Source of the DNA: the human T2T-CHM13v2.0 reference genome, Homo sapiens | Assembly (NCBI RefSeq): GCF_009914755.1 | Contig: NC_060940.1 | Direction: 5' to 3' (one strand) | Length of the DNA stretch: 64,000 nt | In this document: piece after piece, positions 1-12,323 of the stretch | Numbering within the stretch: the first letter of the stretch is position 1 | Layout: every line of letters starts with the position of its first letter | The notes under the pieces: generated by a model | What the model was told of the DNA's origin: nothing | The model's input: the letters and a program-made list of their open reading frames with translations, nothing else | Databases searched by the model: none | Program-made: the position numbers and the translations under genes

Positions 1-640
1 TTTTGTAGAAGGTGCTGGGGCTTGAGATCAGTTGGACACGATTGGCAGGGAGAGCACGTGTGTTTTTATGAGAATTATGGCGAGATAGGTAACAGTTGAG
101 GAAAAAATTTGGGCTTGATTGAAGTAATGGGGGCTGTCTGTGAAGCTTTGCGGCAGTACAGCCTAGGTAATTTGCTGAGCTTGATGGATGTCAGGGTCAG
201 TCCAAGTGAAAGTGAAGAGAGGCTGGGATTAAGGGTGCAAAGGAATAGTAAAGAAAGCATGTTTGAGATCTAGAACAGAATAATGGGTTGTAGAGGCAGG
301 TATTGAGGATAGGAGAGTATACGGGTTTGGCACCACGGGGTGGATAGGCAAAACAATTTGGTTGATAAGGCACGGATCCTGAACTAACTTGTAAGGCTTG
401 TCTGGTTTTAGGACAGGTAAAATGGGGGAATTGTAAGGAGAGTTTATAGGCTTTAAAAGGCCATGCTGTAGCAGGCGAGTAATAACAGGCTTTAATCTTT
501 TTAAAGTGTGCTGTGGGATGGGATATTGGCGTTGAGTGGGGTAAGGGTGATTAGATTTTAATGAGATGGTAAGGGGTGCATGATTGGTCGCCAAGGAGGG
601 AGTAGAGGTATCTTATACTTGTGGGTTAAGGTGGGGGGAT
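1..640 (-). pseudogene. pol: HERV-H pol (RT) remnant lacking YxDD
   Basis: QYPI..PYNSPILPV..LVQD..LDLKHAFF RT motifs; DSPHYFNQ joined directly to AQIFSSTVTYL. Confidence 0.9.
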
Positions 641-699
641 ACAAGAGGAGGACGCAAAGGAGGCTTTGGATTGGGAAGAAGGGCGGCAATGAGATATAG

Positions 700-990
700 C
701 TGTAGCCCAGGAATAGTCAGGGAAGCAGATAATTTAGTTAAAGTGTCTCAGCCTAATAAGGGAACTGGGCAGGTGGGGATAACTGAAAAGGAGTGCTTAA
801 AAGAGTATTGTCTAAGTTGGCACCAGAGTTGGGGAGTTTTAAGAGGTTTAGAAGCCTGGCCATCAATACCCACAACAGTTATGGAGGCAAGGGAAACAGG
901 CCCTTGAAAAGAAGGTAATGTGGAGTGGGTAGCCTCCGTATTGATTAAGAAAGGGACGGGCTTACCTTCCACTGTGAGAGTTACCTGAAG
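700..990 (-). pseudogene. pro: HERV-H protease remnant, catalytically dead
   Basis: FLINTEATHS in place of the LxDTGA motif; PTCPVPLLG followed by a stop. Confidence 0.88.
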
Positions 991-1079
991 CTCGATGTCC
1001 GTGATGGTCTAGGGGGCTTCCGAGGCGATCGGGCAGTGTCAGTCTTCAGCCGCTAAGCCGAGAAGATCTGGGAAGGAGT

Positions 1080-2200
1080 CAGTCAGAAAGCCTTGGGCCA
1101 GAGTTCCAGGGGCTCCGGGAGTGGCTGCCAGGTGAGTTGAACAGTCCGATTTTCAGTGGGGTCCCACAGAGATGGGACGTGGCTTAGGAGGAATCCCGGG
1201 CTGCGGGCATTCCTTGGCCCAGTGGCCAGATTTCTGGCACGTGTAGCAAGCTCCTGTGGGAGGAGGTTCTGGAGGAACACCTGGCCACTGCGGTTCAGGC
1301 GTTTGGAAGTTCTTGTGTGCTGGAGATGTGGCTGGGGTTTGTCTCACAGTGGAGGCAAGGAATTGCAACTTTTTTCTATTATTGTACACCTGAAGGTGAG
1401 GTTAATTAAATCCTGTTGTGGGGTTTGAGGGCCGGAATTTAATTTTTGGAGTTTTATTTAATGTCGGGAGCAGATTGGGTAATAAAATGTATTTTGAGAA
1501 TAAGACGGCCTTTTGCCTTTTAGGGTCTAGGGCTGTAAAGTGTCTCACGGTTGCTGCCAAACAAGTCATGAACTGGGCTGGATTTTTATATTTGATGAAA
1601 AAGAGCCTAAACGCTTCTGATTTGGGATAAAGAAAAAGGAGCATTAACCTTGACTGTGCCTTTAGCTCCAGCCACCTTTTTAAGAGTAAATTGCTGGGCA
1701 GGAGGGGGAGGGCTAGTCACGGAACGAAACCGTAAGCCAGACCAGGTGTGAGGAGGGGAGGTGATAAAAAGATTATAGGGTGGAGGAGCAGAGGCTGAGG
1801 AAGGATTGGGACCTAGCTCGGCCTGGTGAGGAGCAGCCTGGGGAGGAAGGGAGGGGTCAGATGGGTCTGTAGAAAAGGAAGATTAGAAAGACTCAGCGAC
1901 GCTTGGGGTTGGTTCTGAGGGGACAGGTGGGAGGGTAAGAAGGAAGATTTGGGACAAGTTGCACTGGGCACAGAGACTAGGAAGGGACTGATGTGTAAAA
2001 GAATGCCTGGACGTCAGGCACCTCAGACCGTTTGCCTATTTTACGACAAGAATTATTTAGATTTCGCAGGATGGAAAAATTCAAAGTGCCATTTTCTGGC
2101 TATTTGGAACTACCGTCGAGTTTGTATTGGGGTCAAACGGCATTGCAGAAGAAAAGGCATTTAGGTTTTAGGTCAGGTGTGAGTTGAAGAGGTTTTAAGT
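1080..2200 (-). pseudogene. gag: HERV-H gag remnant (fragmented; boundaries approximate)
   Basis: ORF 1153-1389 holds the CCHC knuckle CYTCQKSGHWAKEC; the second knuckle is decayed and ends in a stop; several frames. Confidence 0.85.
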
Positions 2201-2636
2201 TTTTGAGAACACAGGCTAAGGGAGAAGAAGGAGGAATGGAAGGTGGAAGCTTACCTATAGTGAAGGAGGCAAACCCACAGAAAACAGTAGAGACACGGAG
2301 AAGGGGTGGAGGGTTCTTGCCCTCCAGAAAAGCAGAGAAGGGGTTGGGGCACGGAAATAAGGGATTGGGGCACAGAGATAAGAGGCTGGGGTGCGGAAAT
2401 AAGCGACTGGGGGGTTCTTGCCCCCTAGGAAAGCGGGACTTGCCGCTAAGGGTGAAGTCCGTGACCGGCGCCGGAGTTTTGGGTTCACGGATAAAACATG
2501 TCTCTTTTGTCTCTACTAGAAAATGAAAGGAATTGAAATTAAGAGAAGGGAGAGATTGAAGTGTGGCGCTAAGATTGAAAGGAGAAAGAGGTTGAGGGAT
2601 AGTGAGGGAGGTTGGAGAAGAGAGTAAAAAGAGGCC

Positions 2637-2645
2637 GCTTACCGG
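2637..2645 (-). promoter_or_regulatory. HERV-H leader major splice donor
   Basis: CCG|GTAAGC about 145 nt downstream of the LTR. Confidence 0.75.
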
Positions 2646-2768
2646 ATTTGAAATTGGTGAGATGTTTCTTGGGCTGGTGGGTCTGAGGACTTGAGGTCGT
2701 AGGTGGATCTTTGTCACGGAGCAAAGAGCAGGAGGACAGGGGATTGGTCTCCTAAGGGAGGTCCCCCG

Positions 2769-2786
2769 ATCCGAGTCACAGCACCA
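2769..2786 (-). promoter_or_regulatory. Primer-binding site for tRNA-His
   Basis: TGGTGCTGTGACTCGGAT 2 nt after the LTR; one C>T change from the recalled TGGTGCCGTGACTCGGAT. Confidence 0.92.
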
Positions 2787-2847
2787 AATTTCATGCGCGT
2801 CCGTGTGAAGAGACCACCAAACAGGCTTTGTGTGAGCAACATGGCTG

Positions 2848-2853
2848 TTTATT
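2848..2853 (-). promoter_or_regulatory. LTR R-region poly(A) signal AATAAA
   Basis: GGTGAAATAAACAGCC on the minus strand. Confidence 0.8.
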
Positions 2854-2917
2854 TCACCTGGGTGCAGGCGGGCTGAGTCCAAAAAGAGAGTCAGCGAAGG
2901 GACATAGGGTGGGGCCG

Positions 2918-2924
2918 TTTTATA
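2918..2924 (-). promoter_or_regulatory. LTR7 TATA box (TATAAAA)
   Basis: CCTATAAAACGGCCCCACCC at the expected U3 position. Confidence 0.85.
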
Positions 2925-3575
2925 GGATTTGGATAGGTAAAGGAAAATTACAGTCAAAGGGGGTTTGTTCTCTGGCGGGTAGGAGTGGGGGTCGCAAGGT
3001 GCTCAGTGGGCAGGAGTGGGGGTCGCAAGGTGCTCAGTGGGGGTGCTTTTTGAGCCAGGATGAGCCAGGAAAAGGACTTTCACAAGGTAATGTCATCAGT
3101 TAAGGCAATGACCGGCCATTTACACTTCTTTTGTGGTGGAATGTCATCAGTTAAGGTGGGGCAGGGCATATTCACTTCTTTTGTGATTCTTTAGTTACTT
3201 CAGGCCATCTGGGCGATATATATACGTGCAGGTCACAGGGGATGTGATGGCTTGGCTTGGGCTTAGAGGCCTGACAGTATGCCTCTGTGATGGGTACGGC
3301 CTCCCTTGAAAAGAGAGAATCTTCCTTCATCCAGCAAGTTTTAGCAAGTGGAAAGGGTAGCAATTGGCCCTCACTACTAGCTATGATTGGTAGTGACTAT
3401 CTGGGATACTGGGGTGAGAAGGATTCTGAAATCAATGGACTAAAAGACCTGATTGATTAGTGATGTCTACCTGGGAGCATGAGGTGCTATATTTGACATC
3501 TGGGTTTTGAGTGAGATACCTGTATTCAAATCCTGGTTTTAAAAGCTTGGGATTTTGGACTTTAAAAAGTCTCTC

Positions 3576-3665
3576 TTCTAATGCTGTCCCTCCCTTTGTC
3601 CCCCACCCCCCAACAGGCTGTGCTGTGTGATGTTCCCTTCGCTGTGTCCACGTGTTCTCTCTCAT
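3576..3665 (-). mobile_element. Short tailless L1PA 3'UTR fragment inside a MIR
   Basis: CTAATGCTGTCCCTCCC...TGTGATGTTCCC...TGTGTCCACGTGTTCTC; homologous to 26027-26110. Confidence 0.75.
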
Positions 3666-4424
3666 TTTCTTAGATCAGCTACCTAATCTGTTACCAACCT
3701 AAGGGGATTACATAAAATATTCCGTGAGGATGTTGCTGGCATAAGTAGATGCTAATACAATTCCTCTATCTCTTCCCATTTCCTTCCCTTTCCTTTACAT
3801 TCTTCAGGACCCAAAAACCGTAAGAGAGTATTCTCTTTTCAGAATTTTCACCAATACATTCAGCATAATTGTAAGTGCTTCAACCAACCAGTGAAAGGCC
3901 TCCAGATAGAGAAAGATGGGAACCCCTCTCTGCCTTATACCTGACCAACATAAGACTGTTGACAGTTATGAGTTCCAGACATCAACAGCAGCTGTAATAA
4001 CCTTTCTCTTGGCTGTTTTCAGCAGAGCCATAAAAAGACGAACATGATATGATTGACAGGCCTAGAAGACAGGGTGTTTTTAGGACCAAATAGTGTTAGA
4101 AGGACCTGCTGGAATGAGGAATACAGGAAAAGACCTCAATACACTGTGTATGGTACTGAACTTAGCAGATTACTGATGGAATTTTTGGAATACCTCCTCA
4201 GAGGCATGAAGCCTAGAACTTTAATAGCTCTGTATTCCTGAAGGTAAAGAATTTCTTGATTAGGATGAGAAATGCAATTCCCATCCGTTGGACTTCAACT
4301 GAAGAAGAATGTCCAGTTTTAGATTCTCCAGTTTTAGATTCTCCAGAAGAATGTCCAGTTTTAGATCCTAGTCTGCAAAACAATAAATCTTCAAAATTCC
4401 AATAATTAGTACTGAGGAGAATCA

Positions 4425-4730
<306 letters not shown>

Positions 4731-4995
4731 CAATAATAATTTTTATTTTATTTATTTATTTTTTGCTCAGAACTGGCAGCATGGTAGGTGGGAAAGTTGT
4801 GTAAGTTTAGGATTCTATCCAATATGGGTGAAAACTCCAATTTATCACCATACTTTTACCTCTCTGAGACTCAGGTTCTCATATGTCAAATACCACTAGA
4901 GGTATTTATACATTTAAGGATTTTTGTAAGATCTGAAGTTTATGGGTCACTTCTTTTTTCTAGCAGATGCGGTTGGTGCCAGTGTCACTTTCCTT

Positions 4996-5458
4996 GTGTG
5001 AAGCAGGTTCACTGTGCACGGGTTACCAACTTGCCTGAGTGTGGTGACACAGAACACCCACACACATCAAGTTAGATAAAGTGAATTCATTATTTGCAGA
5101 TAGGCAGCAAAGGATGCTAGAAGCCTAGGATTCATGTTGAGCTGGTCCCCCAAGACTCAAGAAAGCTGCCCAGGGTGGATAGAGTTTCATCTGTGCATGC
5201 CCCACTTGCATCACAGCTGAGGGACTATGGAAAGCCGTCCACCTGAGTTCTGTACCTTGGGGAACTTGACTTGCTGGGCTAAAGCGTGGAAGGACATCCG
5301 GTTCTGGGGACTGGAACAGAGCCTGGGCTGTTACATCCAGTTCCTCTCTATCTCAGGATGTTGCATTCTTTGCATATTCTACAGTTACTTAAGAGAACTA
5401 CAAGTGAGAAAGAGGGAGAAATGAGTTAGTGCAAGACCACTCAGAGAACTGTCCTGCA
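4996..5458 (-). mobile_element. ERVL-class solo LTR (MER54/LTR53-like)
   Basis: TG...CA ends on the minus strand (TGCAGGACAGTTCTC...CTTCACA); family name from recall only. Confidence 0.5.
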
Positions 5459-5459
5459 C

Positions 5460-6295
5460 CCTCAGCTCACCTCTAAATTTTGCTGCAGCTGATGCTCACT
5501 GACGGTGTCCCACTTCAGTTCCCCACTGTGTTTCTCCACTTTCCTGTCTCAGGGCTTGATATGGTTTGGCTATGTCACCACCCAAATCTCATCTTGAATT
5601 GTAGTTCTCATAATCCCTACAGATACTGGGAGGGACCCAGTGGGAGGCAATTGAATCATGGGGGCGGTTTCCCCCATGCTCTTCTCATGATAGTAAGTTC
5701 TCATGAGATCTGATGTTTTTATAATGGGCTTCCCCCTTCACTTGGCTCTCGTTCTTCTTCCTGCCACCATGCAAAGAAGGATGTGTTTGCTTCCCCTTCC
5801 GCCATGATTGAGGTCTCCCTAGCCATGCTGAATTGTCAGTCAATTAAACCTCTTTCCTTTATAAATTACCCAGTCTCGGGTATGTCTTTATTAGCAGTGT
5901 GAGAACAGACTAATACAGGGCTTTTATCAAAATGGTGGCAGCTCAGTCAAGCCTCGCATAGGTGGAGCCGAGGAGCTTAGGGAATTTACACCAACAGGAC
6001 AACCTGCAACCAGTGGGTGATGGGAGTCAGTGGATAAATGCTTCAGCCTCCCGGCCTTCTCAGGGAATATTCTGAGGTGCATTCTACACAGTTCCTCAGA
6101 GGGCTCCTGGTAAGATGATCTCTGGTTGCCCATAGTAGTAACAAGCTCCATAATGTCCCCTTCACCAGCTTTTCATCCTTCCCCTTCTCACTTGCTCTAC
6201 TCCTCATTCCAACTTTTGGAGATAACCTCTCAAATAAAATACCTGCACCAAACTCCTTGTCTTAGGTTCTCTTTTGGAGAGATTCAAATAGACAC
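5460..6295 (+). mobile_element. LTR16-type ERVL LTR interrupted by THE1
   Basis: GGGAGTCAGTGGATAAATGC, ATTCTGAGGTGCATTCTACACAG and AAATAAAATACCTGCAC motifs. Confidence 0.65.
5557..5917 (+). mobile_element. THE1 (THE1C-like) MaLR solo LTR
   Basis: TGATATGGTTTGGCT...GACTAATACA with perfect 5-bp TSD GGGCT. Confidence 0.92.
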
Positions 6296-6669
6296 TCAAG
6301 CTCTGTTAAATATTCTTCACCTTTCTAGTACTCACACTTTTTCCTTCATTTCCCATACTCATGGATGATTTAATTTCTTCCTCAAGATTAAGAAGGTACA
6401 CCATCTTCTTTTCTTCTCTATCTCTCTGTCCATCTTTCTCTTCCTTTTATTTTTAGGGGAATGGGGTTGCTCGCTCTCTAGAGCTAACGCTTTTATTTTG
6501 TCTTGAATAAACCTGGTTCTCCATCAGCGTCATCCATTTCAATTAATGACACCACCATCCTTTCAGTTGCTTAAGCCGGAAACCTGGATGCATCCTCCTC
6601 TTATCTCCTGATCAATCACCAAATCCCAAATGTTTCTTGATTTTGTCCACTTCTTTCTCTATTAACCTT

Positions 6670-6900
6670 CATTGGGTATCTGCTGTGTGCTGAGCATTTT
6701 ATGAGCTTTACAAGCTTCATCTCATTTATATCCCTACAGAAATGATGCCTTTTATAAAATGGTACTATTTTTATCCCCATTTGTAGATGACAAAATGCAG
6801 GTGAAGAGAGGTCAAGGAACTTGCCCAAGGTTGTTTGAGTGAGTTCATGGGGACTAAAACATGAATCTTTTTCCTAATTACAGAGCTCATGTTCTTCCAC
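6670..6900 (-). mobile_element. MIR
   Basis: CCCCATTTGTAGATGA..AACTTGCCCAAGGT core. Confidence 0.7.
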
Positions 6901-7149
6901 TCATGTGCTGTTCCACCTGCACGTCTTCAAAGGCATTGCACCCTGATGGTTGTTCCTTCCCATGCCATCATCTCCACTCTCCTTCTCAGAGATTTTCTTC
7001 CCTTTTGCCATTATCCATGATGATGTGTTGTCTGTTTCATACAATAGGCTTAAAGAAATTATTTATTGGATGAACAAGCCTTCATATAACTAATTATTTC
7101 CACTATGTGTATTATCATTTACATTAACATGTAATTGTTCATTATCCTT

Positions 7150-7305
7150 TGTCATTAAAAAGAGGTAAAGAATTATGGGCTTTGGAGTCAGAGAGACCTA
7201 GAGTCAAACCCCGTTGCCATCACACACTAGTTGTGTGACCTTGAGTGATTCACTTAACATTTCCAGGCCTTCGTTTTCTCACCTGCAAAATATAGATTAA
7301 AAATA
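7150..7305 (+). mobile_element. MIR
   Basis: GGCTTTGGAGTCAGA...TGTGTGACCTTGAG...CACCTGCAAAA. Confidence 0.75.
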
Positions 7306-7311
7306 GCTCCT

Positions 7312-7665
7312 GGCTGGCTGCAGTGGCTCATGCCTATAATCCCAGCACTTTGGGAGACCAAGGCAGGCAGATTGCTTAAGCTCAGGAATTTAAGATCAGC
7401 CTGGGCAACATAGCAAGACCTTGTCTCTACTAAGAACGACAGCCAAAAAAAAAAAAAAAAGCAAAACCAAACAACAACAACAGCAACAACAAAAAAAACC
7501 CCACAAAAAACAAAAACCAGCCCAGCGTGGTGGTGTGCTTCTGTAGTCCCAGCCACTTGGGAGGTTGAGGATGACTCGAGCCCAGGGGATCGAGGCTGCA
7601 GTGAGCAGTGATTGTGCCACTGCACTCCAGCCTGGGCAACAGAGGGAGACCCTGTCTCAGACCAA

Positions 7666-7696
<31 letters not shown>

Positions 7697-7701
7697 CAAA
7701 A
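7312..7701 (+). mobile_element. AluJ with expanded central A/CAA linker
   Basis: AluJ-type arms; ~85-bp A/CAA-rich middle region; CAAA tail. Confidence 0.92.
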
Positions 7702-9079
7702 ACGTGGTGATGGCAAAGATGGGGGAGCTGAAGAGGACAGTATTGAGAAAGATGGCATCTGAACTGGACTTTGAAGGATGAAGCAGGGAGTGGAGAAGAG
7801 GATTCTGGATGTAGTAAGACATGTGCAAGGAAGTGAAAATGCAGAAAGTTTTGGTCATCTTGGGTCTAGAGAAATTTTATGAAGCACTTCATCCCATCTT
7901 GTCCCTAAGCCTTATCCCATATCCCTGGTGGTAGTTTCCTCTCTTTCACTTCTCACATTCCTGATTTTATTTCCATTTCTTGTATTTCTTCTCTCCCAAC
8001 TCCTGGAGCAAAGTCCCATTCTTTTCATCTTCTCATACAGAGCCATTTAGCTTTCTCTTTCATTGCCTTGTTTTTTTCAAAGTCCAGGCACTGAGAATTT
8101 TCTTTAATCCCCAAGTGACTTCTCAAGGGATTCCTCTCAACAAAAACAGTTCCCACATATAAAAGGAATGCTGATGCCAACTAATAATATAATTAAGGTT
8201 TTCACATCTGCTGCACTTGTGTTAGTATTAGATTGCTATCCCTTTGGGAAGTAGAGCTATGTTTCATTGAACTCAGAAAACTAGAAAATGCTCGACCATG
8301 TGATCTACTCTCTGTAGGCACTGGGTACACAGAGATGAGAGAGTGTGGATTTGGCCCTTCAAGGGACCAGAGTCTATATGGGTAAACAAGCATTGAAAAC
8401 AACTATTTCAATGCTAGATCATAAGCACAACATGGAAATTTGTGTAAGGCTCAGCAAAATAACAATTTAATATCACAACTTGAAGTTGTTCATTTCATGT
8501 CTTCCCCTCTGGACTATAATATCTTTGAAGGAAAGGTTTTTCTTGAGGAAGAACTAAGTCTCCTTCGTTTGCCGTTTTATTCCAGGTGCTTGGCACGATG
8601 ACCGGCACCTAAGGCAAACCTGGTAAACATTTGTGGAATTAAAGCATGAATGATGGAAGGGATTTTTAAAAATTAGGTGGTGGTGGCAAGGATAGGGAGG
8701 TGGAGAGGATGGTATTAGGATGTCAGCAGCTGAACTGGGTTTTGCAGGATGAAACAGAAGAGTAGGGAAGTGTATTCTGGACACATGAAAAACTATGTGC
8801 AAAGAAGTGGAGATGCAGAAGAGCTTTGAATTTGGAGAACTGTAAATGGTTTGGTAGAACTGGAACAAATGCAGGGATATGGGATCATGAAAGGTAGAGC
8901 TCCAGAGACAAGCAGGATGCAGCCTTTTCTGTATCATCTGTGCTGAACCTAGCACAGCGCTGGCTTCAGGATAAGCATGCATTGCTTGGTGGTTTTAAAC
9001 TTTTGAGTTCCTTAGCATGCATGATAGACGTGCACATTTTCAAATCATGGAAGATTACTATTCAAGGTCTCTAGGGAAG

Positions 9080-9270
9080 AAGTAGTCAAAGAGTAGTCCA
9101 AAGACCAGAAATATCAGCATGTCCTAAGAACTTGTTATAAATGCACATTCTCAGGCCCTCCCAGACCTGCTGGATCAGAAACTCTGGGGACAGAGCCCAG
9201 CAATCTGTATTTTAACAAACTTTCCACATGATTCCAGATTTACACCCAAGTTTGAGGGTCACTGATCTGA
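9080..9270. mobile_element. MER5A hAT MITE
   Basis: AACTTGTTATAAATGCACATTCTCAGGCC...TCAGAAACTCTGGGG...TTTTAACAA. Confidence 0.8.
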
Positions 9271-10037
9271 GGGATGGAGCTAAGAAACAACGAGAAAACA
9301 AAACCAAAAAAGCCACAGATGTTTCTGATGATCTGTCCAGCTTGAGAATTTCTCTTTAAATGTATGTGTCATCTTTATTGTCATTGGCTTAGCATTGAAC
9401 TGACAGATTTACTCTGCCTTTTGGAACTAGCCTGGGCTTCTCTGAAACACCTGTGCCCACTAGGTCCTTACTGAAAACATGAAATAGACCAGAATCTGGG
9501 GAAGGAGGAGAGCTAGTCTCTGATATTCACAGGCTCCAAGAAGGAAGGAAAAGCAATTGTCTCTGCTGAAGACGTTGAATCATAGGCAAGAGATGCCCTG
9601 AGAAAATAAAGAGAAGCAAATTTAGAACAAGCAACAAGAGATATTTTTGCATTCAGCATTCACTCAACTTGCAGGATTTGGGTGGTTTATGTCTTTCAAT
9701 GAATATGCAAGATGGTTCTTTTCACCCAAATATAATTAACACTATTCAGTATTTTTATTCAACACACAATATACCATATAGACAATATTAAACAGACAAT
9801 GCCCAATTATAGTGAACACCAGAGAATATTTTTATTAAATAGAAAATTCAATGATAGGAGGCTTCTGCAAGATTGTTTGCTATGTCATTTATTCTTGGAT
9901 CAAGCCCTGGAAGAGCCTTGATTCCCTATGTCTAAAGAAGTGCGCTCTTTGAATGGGTGGTTTCCCTGGACGATAATCACTTCTTGAATAATATGAATGA
10001 CAGTTATAATAAAAGTATCTGTGTTCAGCTAATTTCC

Positions 10038-10110
10038 TTGATTAGAGCACATTTATTTGAGCATGTTGCTGGTAACATCCAGGCTAGGGGTTCCGTCTTT
10101 GTGTAGGCAG
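10038..10110 (+). mobile_element. Degenerate tRNA-Ile-like SINE head (MamSINE1-like)
   Basis: GAGCATGTTGCTGGTAACATCCAGGCTAGGGGTTCCGTC resembles tRNA-Ile GAGCGTGGTGCTAATAACGCCAAGGTCGCGGGTTCGATC. Confidence 0.4.
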
Positions 10111-10685
10111 TAAGAACGAGAAGATGAACAATTAGGGATGAGGAAAAACAAAGGAGGAAAGTGGATAGAAACATTACAAGACCTTGCATTTCCATTGAGG
10201 AGAGCCTATGAAGCTGAGTCCAAATACCCTAGGACCTAGGGACACCACAAGTCTTCCAAAAATGATGATGGTGGTGATGATGATAATAAAAGTAATAATA
10301 ATAGCTGGCAGGTATTCAGTACCTATACCTATATTGTGTTCAATGCTTTATATGTATGCATTTTCCAGACTTTCAAAACAAACTGGGGAAGGCCCTAGCA
10401 TCACCTCATGGAGATTTAAACTGGGAAGGGCTAAGAAATGTCCCCAAAGGTCACATTCATAATAAGGGACTGAACCAGGCTTCAAGTCCAGGAAAGCTTG
10501 TGCTCCTTACCACTGCATTGCATTGCCTCTGGCAAGGAGGACCTACAATGTAAGGAGGGTAGTGATGAATCCATGTTGTATGTAGCATGCTCTAACATTT
10601 ATTGGACATGTGATGTGTGCCAGGCATCATGCTAAACATTTAACATACCTTATCCCTCTTAACTCTCCTACAGAGAGTATACCTC

Positions 10686-11005
<320 letters not shown>

Positions 11006-11619
11006 TAATCTTCACATCTTATGGATTGCAAACATATTCGGAACACCAAGTTGTAATTGTTGGACGTGGAGGTGGAAACCAGAAATGAGTCCCAGGTCTG
11101 TGAAACCTCATGGATGACCTATGGATTTGAACCTTTGAAAAAAATTAAGGACAAGAATGGAATGATTCTATAGCTCAGTAAGTTTCCCCTAAGGAAACTT
11201 CATCTCATAGAAAATAAAAGCTCTGCTGAAGCCTTCTAGTTTGCCTGGAATTGAAATACACAGAGCCCCTACTTAGTCGTTATCATCACGTGGTGTAATA
11301 CTGGTGCTTTTATATCACTGTGGACCCAGAAAATTATGCACCATTCAAGGGCCATGTGTAAAATGATGGCAAAACTGCCATCAGTTACTGATCTGTGGAC
11401 AAAATATCCAGCATCTTATTTAAGTGGCTTGTATCATTTAAAAAGATCTTGCAGATTACTCAACGGTTAATGCTTTAATGGAACATTTAGGCTTTGGTCT
11501 ACTCATTTTCTTGTAGTGCCTGTAGCATAGACAGAATCAGCCTGTGAAAATAGAGGACACAGCTATCTAAAAAGAATGCAAGCAAATGTGTTTTCATTTA
11601 CAGTGTCAATATTTAGTAA

Positions 11620-11790
11620 ATATATTTCAAACTTTATTGTGCATACAGATCACTTAAGGATCTTGTTGAAACACAGATTTGGATTCAGTAGATCTAGGGA
11701 TACTGAGATTCTGCATTGTTACAAGCTCCCAGGTGACATCAATGCTGCCCATACCTAGACCACACTGTGAGTAGCAAGAATCCAGGTTTT
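11620..11790. mobile_element. MER5A-like
   Basis: GATTCAGTAGATCTAGG..ATTCTGCAT..ACAAGCTCCCAGGTGA..CACACTGTGAGTAGCA. Confidence 0.7.

Positions 11791-12323
<533 letters not shown>

Larger units (their letters stand above)
1..3276 (-). mobile_element. HERV-H provirus, 5' portion (5' LTR, leader, gag, pro, partial pol); continues beyond window start
   Basis: LTR7 sequence, tRNA-His PBS, and gag zinc knuckle, protease and RT motifs in retroviral order on the minus strand. Confidence 0.97.
2789..3276 (-). mobile_element. LTR7 (LTR7up-like) 5' LTR of HERV-H
   Basis: Minus strand starts TGTCAGGCCTCT and ends GGACGCGCATGAAA; U3 repeats contain CACAAAAGAAGTG; TATA box and AATAAA present. Confidence 0.95.

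Noticed and set aside
2133-2957. 274-aa ORF, the longest in the window
   Set aside because: It spans LTR, PBS and leader, starts upstream of the TATA box at a non-ATG codon, and shows no recognisable domain
7254-7858. Alu-derived ORFs here and at 27468-28173, 44210-44573, 51977-52324 and elsewhere
   Set aside because: Standard Alu translation artefacts ([19 protein letters not shown])
10038-10110. Functional tRNA gene
   Set aside because: Stems, anticodon and B-box are degenerate; at most a SINE relic
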